Assembly (NCBI GenBank): GCA_964406105.1
Contig: CAYOQK010000011.1
Coordinates: 1,110 to 65,109, forward strand
Length of the DNA stretch: 64,000 bases
Source of the DNA: an uncultured bacterium
GTDB lineage: Bacteria > Hydrothermota > Hydrothermia > WGAB01
Direction of reading: 5' to 3'
In this document: piece by piece, positions 18,601-26,164 of the stretch
How the letters are laid out: each line of letters opens with the position of its first letter
Numbering within the stretch: position 1 is the stretch's first letter
Made by a program: the position numbers and the translations under genes
Notes under the pieces: generated by a model
The model's input: only the letters and a program-made list of their open reading frames with translations
Told to the model about the DNA's origin: nothing
Databases searched by the model: none

Positions 18601-18867
18601 TTCCACAGCGCTGAGCAGGTCTTCCCCCAGGGGGTTCCGGCGAAACACAGCATACGCCAACGCCCGTCGGTTTCGCAAAGGCCACCAGGTGGCCCCGGTG
18701 ATGCTGGCAGCTGCCGCGGCTGACACGGGTACCAGCCAAGGGATCACACCGGGCCAGAGTACGGCCAATGCCCACCCCACTCCCAGGGTTCCCAGGCCTA
18801 TCAACAGCCCGTGGAACCACCCCAGGAGGAACCCACGAAGTCGGAGGCGAAGGAACAGGCCGCGCAT
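15679..18867 (-). CDS. Hypothetical 1062-aa membrane-anchored protein with beta-rich domains followed by a roughly 550-aa Gln/Leu/Arg-rich coiled coil
   Basis: Two N-terminal hydrophobic segments, an Ig-like beta region, then a long heptad-like run of LQQ, EQLQ and RAL repeats. No enzymatic motif was recognised. Its start lies 8 nt after the lpxB stop. Confidence 0.5.
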   Translation of the reverse strand: MRGLFLRLRLRGFLLGWFHGLLIGLGTLGVGWALAVLWPGVIPWLVPVSAAAAASITGATWWPLRNRRALAYAVFRRNPLGEDLLSAVELGQRLPPELQRTLWHQVQHQVPHLLDSLRPSPWALRWFFGGWILALALTALDPLGAVRALYTAVHRPWPLQPRLTVITFPRAVFAGSPVTVTVETWQLQEVPVLVFNSVDTLRPVESDTAQGRYRFEKLALSPGTYRFQAVVPSGLSSPPCTLQVFEEPLVQDLQAVVRFPAYTGWPPETLTNPYRLQVLQGSALSLEGRLALADSGWLVASCKAETLRLAPDQRFQWRTARLSQPCSLGFVFFRAHLQRRVPDLIRIHVTRDAPPRIRLLAPRGRVDLPDDERLSLWAYAEDDWGLRRIQARVELHGTVQRLDLKTLPTAGVTLDTLQAQLDLSPFDLMPGEALTLVLEAVDRAGQVGESEPLTVRFPSLEDLYAETEAALQTQEQGTAALEQQTRALARQLQEIAEQVKARRELDWATRERLQAMLQQQERMLEALNQQVQQVQQALKRMDALSSVDPELAERAQRVAELFQEVASEELRRVLEKLQKTLQRANPVEMSRMLEQLQQNQEALRQRLERLEQVLERFRRELKLAELEERIAELSARQADLAERTQQATSPEESQALAQEQEQLQQQLETALQEMQNLAQDLASEAPQVADSLRTLSEQQGQPAEQAMQQAQASLQQQNFTAAQRSQQRALQRLMNLRQGLNQLRHQWSQQQRQEVVQQIRRIRRDLLFLARQQAHLWDQLDAAAGPVHPEAAARESQALADALEPIAQQFRSLMSQTLVLSNVMMDLLQRIRSLQEEATQALSQGAYAQARQAAGAAYGLMNRTLLLLFQAEKKAQQSGSGTGVEQMLQQLEQLAEGQMQLNQATQSLLPLPSPVPGDVLARLQQLAEQQRALREALERLQEALQQGTGMEQALEGARQAMEEAERALRQGQVTPEVRRHQEKALERLLQAERALRKREFARRRKSTPGRAVEPPDVAPLERATLRDQARRLLLELQRQPEASGYRRLTEAYLRTLLRLLNR

Positions 18868-18875
18868 CCTGTCAA

Positions 18876-20000
18876 TTATACCCGCGGCGAGTTGACCACC
18901 TGGCGGTACAGGGCGGCGATGTGCTGGGCCGCGCGACGCGATGCCCCAGGCGGGCCCAGGTGTTCCCTCAGGGAAAGCAGTTGGCGATGCATGGCCAGGT
19001 ACTGCTCTTCTGAAGACAGGATCTCGTGGATCCGGCGGGCCAAAGGTTCAGGTTTCAGGTGTTGGACGTACTCAGGAACCACAGGCCGGCCGGAGATGAG
19101 GTTGACCAGGGAGATGTAGCGCACCCTGGCCAGGGCCCGGGCCAACCAATAGGAGAGGTCAGAGAGCACGTACACCACCACCATCGGCACACCCACAAGG
19201 CCCACCTCCAAACTGGCGGTTCCCGAGGCCACTACGGCGAAATCCGCTTGACGTGCGATGGTTTCAGCGTTGCCAGGTACCACTTGGGCCTCTGGCAGCC
19301 AGTCCTGGGGGTTCACCTGGACGTCTGGGGCCTTAGATACGAGGAACCGGCGGTAGCCCCATCTCTTCAGGTGTTCTGCCAGGCGTGCCATGCGGGGCAG
19401 GAGCCGTCGCACTTCGGTGTGTCGTGATCCGGGCAAAAAGGCGATGACCGGATCTCGGGGCAACTGGCGGCGTCGCACCGGGGGCCCCATTTGATCCATA
19501 AGCGGATGGCCCACGTAATGGGCCGGTACACCGTAGGCTTTCAGATAGGGCATCTCAAAGGGCAGGATGGAAAGGGCCAGGGCCACGTTGCGACGCAGTG
19601 ACCGCAATCGGCGGTACCCCCACGACCAGAACTGGGGAAGGATGTAGTACACCACAGGGATTCCGGCATCGTGCAGCCGACGGGCCAGGCGGAGGTGGAA
19701 CCCTGGGTAATCCACGAGGATAGCCAGGGCTGCCCGTTGCCGGGCGAGACGTACCAGGTCCCGGTAGATGTCATAGAGCCGACCCACGTTTTGGAGGGCC
19801 TCCTGGAATCCGATTACGGCATGGGCTTCACGTTGATGATGCACCAGGTGTACACCTGCCTGGGCCATGCGGTCGCCTCCGAACCCCAGGAGTTCCACCT
19901 CAGGCAGGAGGGTCCGCAGATCGCGCACCAAGGCAGCCGCATGGAGGTCGCCCGAGGGCTCGCCAGCGGAGATCAATAGGCCCTTCTGCCCCGCCATCAT
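18876..20000 (-). CDS. lpxB: Lipid-A-disaccharide synthase
   Basis: N-terminal LLISAGEPSGDLHAAALVRDL (the LpxB signature) and the GT19 family length. Confidence 0.8.
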   Translation of the reverse strand: MMAGQKGLLISAGEPSGDLHAAALVRDLRTLLPEVELLGFGGDRMAQAGVHLVHHQREAHAVIGFQEALQNVGRLYDIYRDLVRLARQRAALAILVDYPGFHLRLARRLHDAGIPVVYYILPQFWSWGYRRLRSLRRNVALALSILPFEMPYLKAYGVPAHYVGHPLMDQMGPPVRRRQLPRDPVIAFLPGSRHTEVRRLLPRMARLAEHLKRWGYRRFLVSKAPDVQVNPQDWLPEAQVVPGNAETIARQADFAVVASGTASLEVGLVGVPMVVVYVLSDLSYWLARALARVRYISLVNLISGRPVVPEYVQHLKPEPLARRIHEILSSEEQYLAMHRQLLSLREHLGPPGASRRAAQHIAALYRQVVNSPRV

Positions 20001-20003
20001 GGC

Positions 20004-20675
20004 CTAATCATACGGGTTTGAGGCATTTTGCTGGAGCCGTCGCACCCAGGCCCGCGACCGCAAATCCGCCTGGCGAACGGGTTCAGGCAACCGATACCCT
20101 TGGCAGGTGGCCAACACCCAATGCAGGCTCTCGTGCAGGGTGATGCGATGACCAGGGGAGGCGAACACCGGCCGAACGCCCGTACGGGTGCGCACCACCC
20201 AGCCCACCTGCTCTCCACGGTGCCATAGAGGCGTGGCACTGCCTGCCTCCGGGCCGGGCTCTTCGTACTCGCCCACCAAGGGGTGCTTGGCAACCCCCAC
20301 GGTGGGAAGGTCGGCCAGAACCCCCAGATGGGCGGCAATCCCCAAACGACGGGGGTGAGCAATGCCTTGGCCATCCACCAGCAAGAGGTCCGGGCGGTGT
20401 TCCAGCCGTCGGAGTGCTTGTAGCACCACCGGCAACTCACGGAAGGAGAGAAAGGTGGGCACATAGGGGAACCGCACAGGGGCCGTTTGATGGACTTCCT
20501 CCACGAGTCTTAAGCCAGGCCACTGGAACACCACCACCACCGCCACCATCCGACGCAGGGACCGGCTGTACGATACATCCACCCCTCCCACCGTGGCCGG
20601 AGGACGAGCCAAAGGAACCAACTGCACCCGTTGGGCCAAGCGCTCCTGAATCCTCTGAAGAGTGGTCAGATTCAA
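20004..20675 (-). CDS. nfi: Endonuclease V (deoxyinosine 3' endonuclease)
   Basis: VGGVDVSY, PYVPTFLSFRE, DLLLVDGQGIAHPRRLGIAAHLGV, GVAKHPL and GYRLPEP align closely with E. coli Nfi. Confidence 0.85.
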   Translation of the reverse strand: MNLTTLQRIQERLAQRVQLVPLARPPATVGGVDVSYSRSLRRMVAVVVVFQWPGLRLVEEVHQTAPVRFPYVPTFLSFRELPVVLQALRRLEHRPDLLLVDGQGIAHPRRLGIAAHLGVLADLPTVGVAKHPLVGEYEEPGPEAGSATPLWHRGEQVGWVVRTRTGVRPVFASPGHRITLHESLHWVLATCQGYRLPEPVRQADLRSRAWVRRLQQNASNPYD

Positions 20676-21127
20676 TACCGCGACCGTTTCAGGTACTTTT
20701 GGATCTCTCGGTCCAGTTCCCGCCGTTTGATGGTTTCCCGTTTCTCGTATTTCCGTTTCCCCCGCACCAGGGCCAATTCCAATTTGATGAGGCCCCGTTT
20801 CTCATACACCCGCAGGGGGATCAAGGTCAGCCCCCGTTCCCGCACCTTTCCGATGAGACGTTTGATCTCGTGCTTGTGGAGCAGCAGTTTCCGGGGCCGT
20901 TCTGGATCGGGCACAAAGGCCCCTGCGTGGCTGTAAGGAGAGACGTGCATGTGGTACACATACACCTCACCGTCCTCAATGTCGGCGTAGGCATCTTGGA
21001 TGGAAACCCGCCCCTGCTTGATGGATTTCACCTCACTGCCCTCCAGAACAATGCCCGCTTCAAAGGTTTCCAGGATCTCGTAGTCGTGTCGGGCACGACG
21101 ATTGACCACAATGTTGCGGACGGGCAT
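20672..21127 (-). CDS. smpB: SsrA-binding protein
   Basis: IVVNRRARHDYEILETFEAGIVLEGSEVKS ... RKLLLHKHEI ... is the canonical SmpB pattern. Confidence 0.9.
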   Translation of the reverse strand: MPVRNIVVNRRARHDYEILETFEAGIVLEGSEVKSIKQGRVSIQDAYADIEDGEVYVYHMHVSPYSHAGAFVPDPERPRKLLLHKHEIKRLIGKVRERGLTLIPLRVYEKRGLIKLELALVRGKRKYEKRETIKRRELDREIQKYLKRSRY

Positions 21128-21130
21128 GGA

Positions 21131-22039
21131 TCAGTACACGGACAGGCTCACCAAATGCAGATCTCCCAAGGAAGCCATGGGACCATAGGCGTAAGTGAAC
21201 CGAATCCGCCGCCAGTGGAGTTCCAGCCCTGGCATGACCCCCATTAGGAAATCGTTGGGGTCTCCCAGTTTCAGGGCCGACCACTGGGACGTGTACGCCA
21301 ACGATAAGGACAAAAGGGACGTGAGATGGTACCTGCCGGCCAATTGGACCCAACTGCCCAAGGGGGAAAGCACAGCACCCAAGGAAAGCTGAACCGCCTC
21401 TCCCACTGCGTACTGGGCCGTTGCGCGGAATTGGGGTGCCGGGTTGTACCGATCCTTAACCATGGGCTTGAGTTCTACGCCCACATTGGCCAGGGAAACC
21501 GCCATCCGTAGGGGCCTTGGAGCCGGGTGCCATAGAACCCCTACCGCACCTCCTACGGCCAAGGAAGAATACGGCGGAATGCTTTGGGCATAGAGGCCCA
21601 TCCCAAATCCCAGGGTCCAGGTGGGTGAGAGTGGCCGTTGGAAGGTGGACCCGATGTAAAGATGCTGCGTGGAAAAGGTGCCCACCACCTGGCCCGTGCC
21701 ATCGGTTTTGTCCAGGGTGCCGGAGAACATCCCCTGCAGATGGATCTGGGTCCCGGGCTTCAGGTTCCAATGGAAAGCCCCTAAGGTGACCCCTCCCAGC
21801 CAGGAGGCCACCGACATTGCCCGTGCGGGATGGGGTGAGGCCACCGCCGGATGCCACAGCGCCTGGCTTACACCGGGTTCCAAAGGTGCAAACAGCACCG
21901 AGGGGCTGGGCGACAGGTTCATGTACTCATAGCCCCATCCAGCCAGAACCGGAGAGGCCACCAACCAAAGGAAGATCCACCAAGAGCGGAGTTTCGGCTT
22001 CATGCTGGGCATTATACTCTCTGGCCTTTCTGGGGGCAA
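21131..22039 (-). CDS. Putative outer-membrane beta-barrel protein (PorP/SprF-like?)
   Basis: Signal peptide MKPKLRSWWIFLWLVASPVLAG, alternating-hydrophobic beta strands, and an aromatic C-terminal residue (SVY). Family assignment is uncertain. Confidence 0.4.
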   Translation of the reverse strand: MPPERPESIMPSMKPKLRSWWIFLWLVASPVLAGWGYEYMNLSPSPSVLFAPLEPGVSQALWHPAVASPHPARAMSVASWLGGVTLGAFHWNLKPGTQIHLQGMFSGTLDKTDGTGQVVGTFSTQHLYIGSTFQRPLSPTWTLGFGMGLYAQSIPPYSSLAVGGAVGVLWHPAPRPLRMAVSLANVGVELKPMVKDRYNPAPQFRATAQYAVGEAVQLSLGAVLSPLGSWVQLAGRYHLTSLLSLSLAYTSQWSALKLGDPNDFLMGVMPGLELHWRRIRFTYAYGPMASLGDLHLVSLSVY

Positions 22040-22115
22040 CGAAGGCCCGAGGGGCTTGGGGACGCACTCCGGGGGTGTTCCTGAGGCATTCTCAAGATGC
22101 CGCTATAATTCAGGC

Positions 22116-23903
22116 ATGGGCGTGTTCCTGGGTGTCGCGGGCCCTCCAGAGGTGCTCCAGCAAACCCCTCCTCTCACCCTCTCTGGCGAGCCCTTCCAGC
22201 ACCTTACCCTGCAACAGCAAGCGTTTCCAGGATGCCGGGTTTTGCGGGGCCGGTCGCCTTCATCCCTGGACCCTCCGGTGCATACCCCGGCACCGGGTTT
22301 GATGATCCTTTGGGACGGCACCCTGCTGGAACGAGGATGGTCCTTTCGGGAATTCCGGGCCACAGCCGAGGCAACACGCCACCTGCTGGCCCGTCCGCAC
22401 CAGGCTTTAAACGAGGTAAAAGGATGGTTCGCGATGGCAGCCTACGACGCCCAGCAACACCGCCTGGTGCTGGCCACCGACTGGATGGGAATCCGGCCGG
22501 TGTTCTACCGGTGGGACGAAGACCACGACCTCCTGTGGTTCGGCACCTTGTTGGGCCCACTAAAGCCCGGTGCGCCCGACCTGGCGGGTCTGGCTGAGTA
22601 CTTCTTCCTGAACTACCCCCTAAGGCACCGCACCCTGCACCGGAACCTGGCGCGTCTCCCCTCAGGCCATTACCTGGTTTGGAGCCCTGGCAATGCCCCC
22701 GAGATCCATGCCTACTATTCCCATGCGGATCGCCTCTTTTCCCAGGAGCTCCGTCCGGAGATCGGCCGGCGTCAAATCGTGGAGGCCTTTATTGAAACCA
22801 CTCGCGCGTTGGCCAACAGCACCACAGGCCTCCTGCTCACTGGGGGCTTTGACAGCCGGGTGGTCCTGGCCGCACTGCAGTCAGCACCAGGGGTGCAGGT
22901 GCACGCTCTCACCTTCGGCGATCCAGCCTCTGGTAACGTGTCTACCGCTCGGAAGGTGGCCGAACGAGCAGGGGTTCGGTTCCAAAATCTGGATCCCAAT
23001 CCGGTGTTTCGCCGGGAGTTTTATCATTGGGCACGGATCAACACCCTGGCCACCGACGGTCTGGAGGTGGCCACCAAGGCCCATTACCTGTGGGCCCTTT
23101 CCACCGTGAACCCGCCCCCTCCGGTGTTGCTCAGCGGCACGGGAGGGTCTGAACTCTTCCGACAAACCGGCGTATTGGGAACCATTTACTCTCCTCTGCT
23201 TCTCTCACTTTTGGAGAGCGCCCACCCTCCCACCTTGGAACAGTTGGCCACCCTTCCCCAAGCCCGCTGGCTCCACGTGGACACCTTCACCGAAGACGCC
23301 CGGGCCGGTTTGCGCCAGGACCTTGCCGCATTGCTCCAACGCCCTCCCCACGAACGCATCGCCTATTTCCACGTGTTTAACCTGGCGGAACTGTTCCCTC
23401 GGTACTTTGAAAACGAGATGCGGGTGGAGCAACTGTATACGGTGAAACGCTATCCCTTCTTGGACCTGGACTTCGTGGAACTGGTGTTTGCGTCTGCGGC
23501 GGTTTCTCCCCTCCGTGCCCACCTGTTCAAAAAGAGCCGCTGGGCACCCCTGAAACGACTGCGGTTTTACACTGAGGTGCTCCAAAAGACCCTGCCCGCC
23601 CTGGCCCGCATGGAGACCGACCGAGGGATCCGGCCGGACTACGCCAGCCATCCTTGGGGGCTAATTCGGTCGCTTATCGGGTATTGGCGGTTTCAGCGGC
23701 ATCGGCCACCCGGAGAGTATCGGTTCGGAGAGTGGTTGGAGCACTTCCCCTTGGCGCCCCGATGGCCCTGTGAGCCCCCGGTTCGGCGACAGCGTCTTAC
23801 CGAAGCCCTGCAAAACCTTCGGGGCACCCCGCGAGCCTTCCCCTTGGGTGCCTCCCGAGCCCTCACGTATTGCCTATGGCAAGAGCTCCTGCACACCCTC
23901 TGA
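22116..23903 (+). CDS. Asparagine synthetase (AsnB) family protein lacking the N-terminal Cys nucleophile
   Basis: LLTGGFDSRVVLAAL is the PP-loop ATP pyrophosphatase motif of AsnB. The start is placed at ATG 22116 (MGVFLGV...), with no Cys2. The ORF track start at 22002 overlaps the upstream gene. Confidence 0.6.
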   Translation: MGVFLGVAGPPEVLQQTPPLTLSGEPFQHLTLQQQAFPGCRVLRGRSPSSLDPPVHTPAPGLMILWDGTLLERGWSFREFRATAEATRHLLARPHQALNEVKGWFAMAAYDAQQHRLVLATDWMGIRPVFYRWDEDHDLLWFGTLLGPLKPGAPDLAGLAEYFFLNYPLRHRTLHRNLARLPSGHYLVWSPGNAPEIHAYYSHADRLFSQELRPEIGRRQIVEAFIETTRALANSTTGLLLTGGFDSRVVLAALQSAPGVQVHALTFGDPASGNVSTARKVAERAGVRFQNLDPNPVFRREFYHWARINTLATDGLEVATKAHYLWALSTVNPPPPVLLSGTGGSELFRQTGVLGTIYSPLLLSLLESAHPPTLEQLATLPQARWLHVDTFTEDARAGLRQDLAALLQRPPHERIAYFHVFNLAELFPRYFENEMRVEQLYTVKRYPFLDLDFVELVFASAAVSPLRAHLFKKSRWAPLKRLRFYTEVLQKTLPALARMETDRGIRPDYASHPWGLIRSLIGYWRFQRHRPPGEYRFGEWLEHFPLAPRWPCEPPVRRQRLTEALQNLRGTPRAFPLGASRALTYCLWQELLHTL

Positions 23904-23965
23904 GATGATCTCTCCTTGCAATCCCCTGGGGCGGTGTCTAAACTATCGGAAACCGGAGGCTTTCC

Positions 23966-25081
23966 ATGTTGAAACGCACACCTCTTTATGAACTCCACCG
24001 CGAACTGGGTGCCAAGATCGTTCCCTTTGCCGGCTTTGAAATGCCCATCCAGTACACCTCCATCGTGGAGGAACATCGCTGGGTGCGGCAACACGCAGGC
24101 CTGTTTGACGTATCCCACATGGGAGAGTTCGTGATCCGGGGACCACGGGCCCTGGAATTCGTATCCTACATCACGTCTAACGACCCTGCACGTCTCGGCG
24201 TTGGCCAAGTGCAGTACTCCGCCATGCTCACAGAGCAAGGAACCTTCGTGGATGATCTCCTGACCTACCGCTTTGAGGACCACTTCATGCTGGTGGTCAA
24301 TGCCGCCAACATTGAAAAGGACTTCGCCCACGTGCAAACCCATCTGTTTGCCACCGGTGTGGAGGCCCTCAATCTCTCCGATGAAACCGGCGAGGTGGCC
24401 CTTCAAGGCCCCCGAGCCCAAGAGGTACTGCAACCCCTGGTGGACTTTGACCTGGAAACCCTGGGCTACTATTGGGCCCGCCACGCCACGGTGGCCGGCG
24501 TAAAGGCCATTGTGTCCCGCACAGGGTACACCGGCGAAGACGGCTTTGAGATCTACACCCGCCCCGAGGATCTGGAAACCGTGGCGCGCGCTCTGCTGGA
24601 ACACCCCGAGGTGCGACCCATCGGACTGGGAGCCCGCGATACCCTTCGCCTGGAAATGGGCTATCCCCTGTACGGCAACGACATTGACGAAACCATCAAT
24701 CCCTTTGAGGCAGGCCTTGGATGGATCGTGCGGATGAAAAAGCCCGCCTTTGTGGGCAAAGAGGCTCTGCAACGGATCAAAGCCGCGGGGATCCACAGAA
24801 AGCGCGTGGGATTTGTGACCCCCAATCGCCGCATCATCCCCCGTCACCACATGCGGCTGTTCCATGAGGATCAGGAGGTGGGGTTCGTGACCTCGGGCAA
24901 CTACTCCCCTATGCTCAATACCGGCATCGGAATGGGGTACGTGCCTCCCCATCTGGCACAAGAGGGGCAAACCCTGCACTTGGATTTTCGGAAACGCCGA
25001 GAAGCCGTAACGGTGGTGCCTTTGCCCTTTTACCAAAGGGGCACCGTCCGCATGGGCTTTAAGGGGATCCAAAGGGACTAA
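23966..25081 (+). CDS. gcvT: Glycine cleavage system T protein (aminomethyltransferase)
   Basis: MLKRTPLYELHRELGAKIVPFAGFEMPIQYTSIVEEHRWVRQHAGLFDVSHMGEF is a near-canonical GcvT N-terminus. Confidence 0.9.
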   Translation: MLKRTPLYELHRELGAKIVPFAGFEMPIQYTSIVEEHRWVRQHAGLFDVSHMGEFVIRGPRALEFVSYITSNDPARLGVGQVQYSAMLTEQGTFVDDLLTYRFEDHFMLVVNAANIEKDFAHVQTHLFATGVEALNLSDETGEVALQGPRAQEVLQPLVDFDLETLGYYWARHATVAGVKAIVSRTGYTGEDGFEIYTRPEDLETVARALLEHPEVRPIGLGARDTLRLEMGYPLYGNDIDETINPFEAGLGWIVRMKKPAFVGKEALQRIKAAGIHRKRVGFVTPNRRIIPRHHMRLFHEDQEVGFVTSGNYSPMLNTGIGMGYVPPHLAQEGQTLHLDFRKRREAVTVVPLPFYQRGTVRMGFKGIQRD

Positions 25082-25087
25082 CAGGTC

Positions 25088-26164
25088 ATGGCCCAGGCCA
25101 CCGGCCTCTTCATGACCGGCTTCCCGGGCTTTATCGCTCGTAGGCTGCTGCCTGAGCTCGTTGCCCACTGGAACGGCAACCCTCACCTTCACTTGCTCGT
25201 GGAACCTCGCTACCATGGGATCGCCCAGCAAGTGCTGCAACGCCTCGGCATAAGGGCAACCCTTTGGCCTGGGGACATCACCCAGCCCGGTTTGGGTTTG
25301 TCCCACACCTTCCCTGCGGAACTCTACTCCTCCATCACCCATGTGTTTCACTTGGCGGCCAAGTACGATCTCGCCACCGACTACGCCAGCGCCTACCGGG
25401 TGAATGTGGAGGGTACGCGGAACGTGCTGGACTTCGCACGCCAATTCCCCCAACTTCAGAAGGTGGTGTACTTTAGCACGGCCTATGTCTCAGGCGACCG
25501 CACCGACGAGGTGGCAGAGGACGACCTGGAGGCGGGCCAGGGCTTTAAAAACCCCTATGAACTCACGAAGTTTCAAGCCGAACAACTCGCCAGGGCCGCC
25601 ATGGAGGACCTGCCCCTGGTGATCCTTCGGCCAGGGATTGTGGTGGGCGACTCGCGGACCGGCGAGACGGCCAAGTTTGACGGACCCTACTTCGTGCTAC
25701 GTCTCTTGGCTCGGCTCCCCCGATGGCTCCCTTTGCCCTATTTGGGTCGTGGCACAGCCCCGGTAAACTTGGTGCCTGTGGACTACGTGGTGCAGGCCAC
25801 CAGAATCCTGGCCCTGCGGCCAGACAACGCAGGCACTACGTACCACCTCACCGATCCTCGCCCCTACACCGCTCGCCAACTGTACGAAATGTTTTTAAAG
25901 GTCCTCCAACACCCCGCGCCCCGGGGCACGCTTCCGCTGCCTGTGCTACAAGCCGCTCTTTCCCTGCGAGCGATAGAACGGTTCCTGTGCGTGCCTCGGC
26001 AAGTGTTGCCCTACTTTGAGATCGGGGCGCAGTACCGCACAGATCATGCCCAGCAGCACCTCCCTACAGGGGTCTTTCCTCCGCCCGACTTCGCCGACTA
26101 TTTGCCCACCCTGGTCCGTTACCTCTCACAGCACCTCCATGACCCCGAGAAAATCCGTTGCTGA
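25088..26164 (+). CDS. NAD(P)-dependent reductase of the thioester-reductase / fatty acyl-CoA reductase-like SDR family
   Basis: N-terminal Rossmann motif LFMTGFPGFIARRL and YxxxK-type SDR architecture. This resembles fatty acyl-CoA reductase / male-sterility domain proteins. Confidence 0.5.
   Translation: MAQATGLFMTGFPGFIARRLLPELVAHWNGNPHLHLLVEPRYHGIAQQVLQRLGIRATLWPGDITQPGLGLSHTFPAELYSSITHVFHLAAKYDLATDYASAYRVNVEGTRNVLDFARQFPQLQKVVYFSTAYVSGDRTDEVAEDDLEAGQGFKNPYELTKFQAEQLARAAMEDLPLVILRPGIVVGDSRTGETAKFDGPYFVLRLLARLPRWLPLPYLGRGTAPVNLVPVDYVVQATRILALRPDNAGTTYHLTDPRPYTARQLYEMFLKVLQHPAPRGTLPLPVLQAALSLRAIERFLCVPRQVLPYFEIGAQYRTDHAQQHLPTGVFPPPDFADYLPTLVRYLSQHLHDPEKIRC

Noticed and set aside
22116-23903. 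Lasso-peptide cyclase interpretation of the AsnB-like gene
   Set aside because: No transglutaminase-like B protein, RRE/PqqD-like protein, precursor peptide or ABC exporter is adjacent. It is kept only as an unexplained nucleophile-less AsnB homolog.
23904-23965. Possible glycine riboswitch upstream of gcvT
   Set aside because: The spacer is only about 60 nt. It lacks the paired aptamer core motifs (GGAGAG ... ACCGAAGGGGCAA) and is too short for a tandem glycine riboswitch. There is only weak resemblance (aaccggagg).
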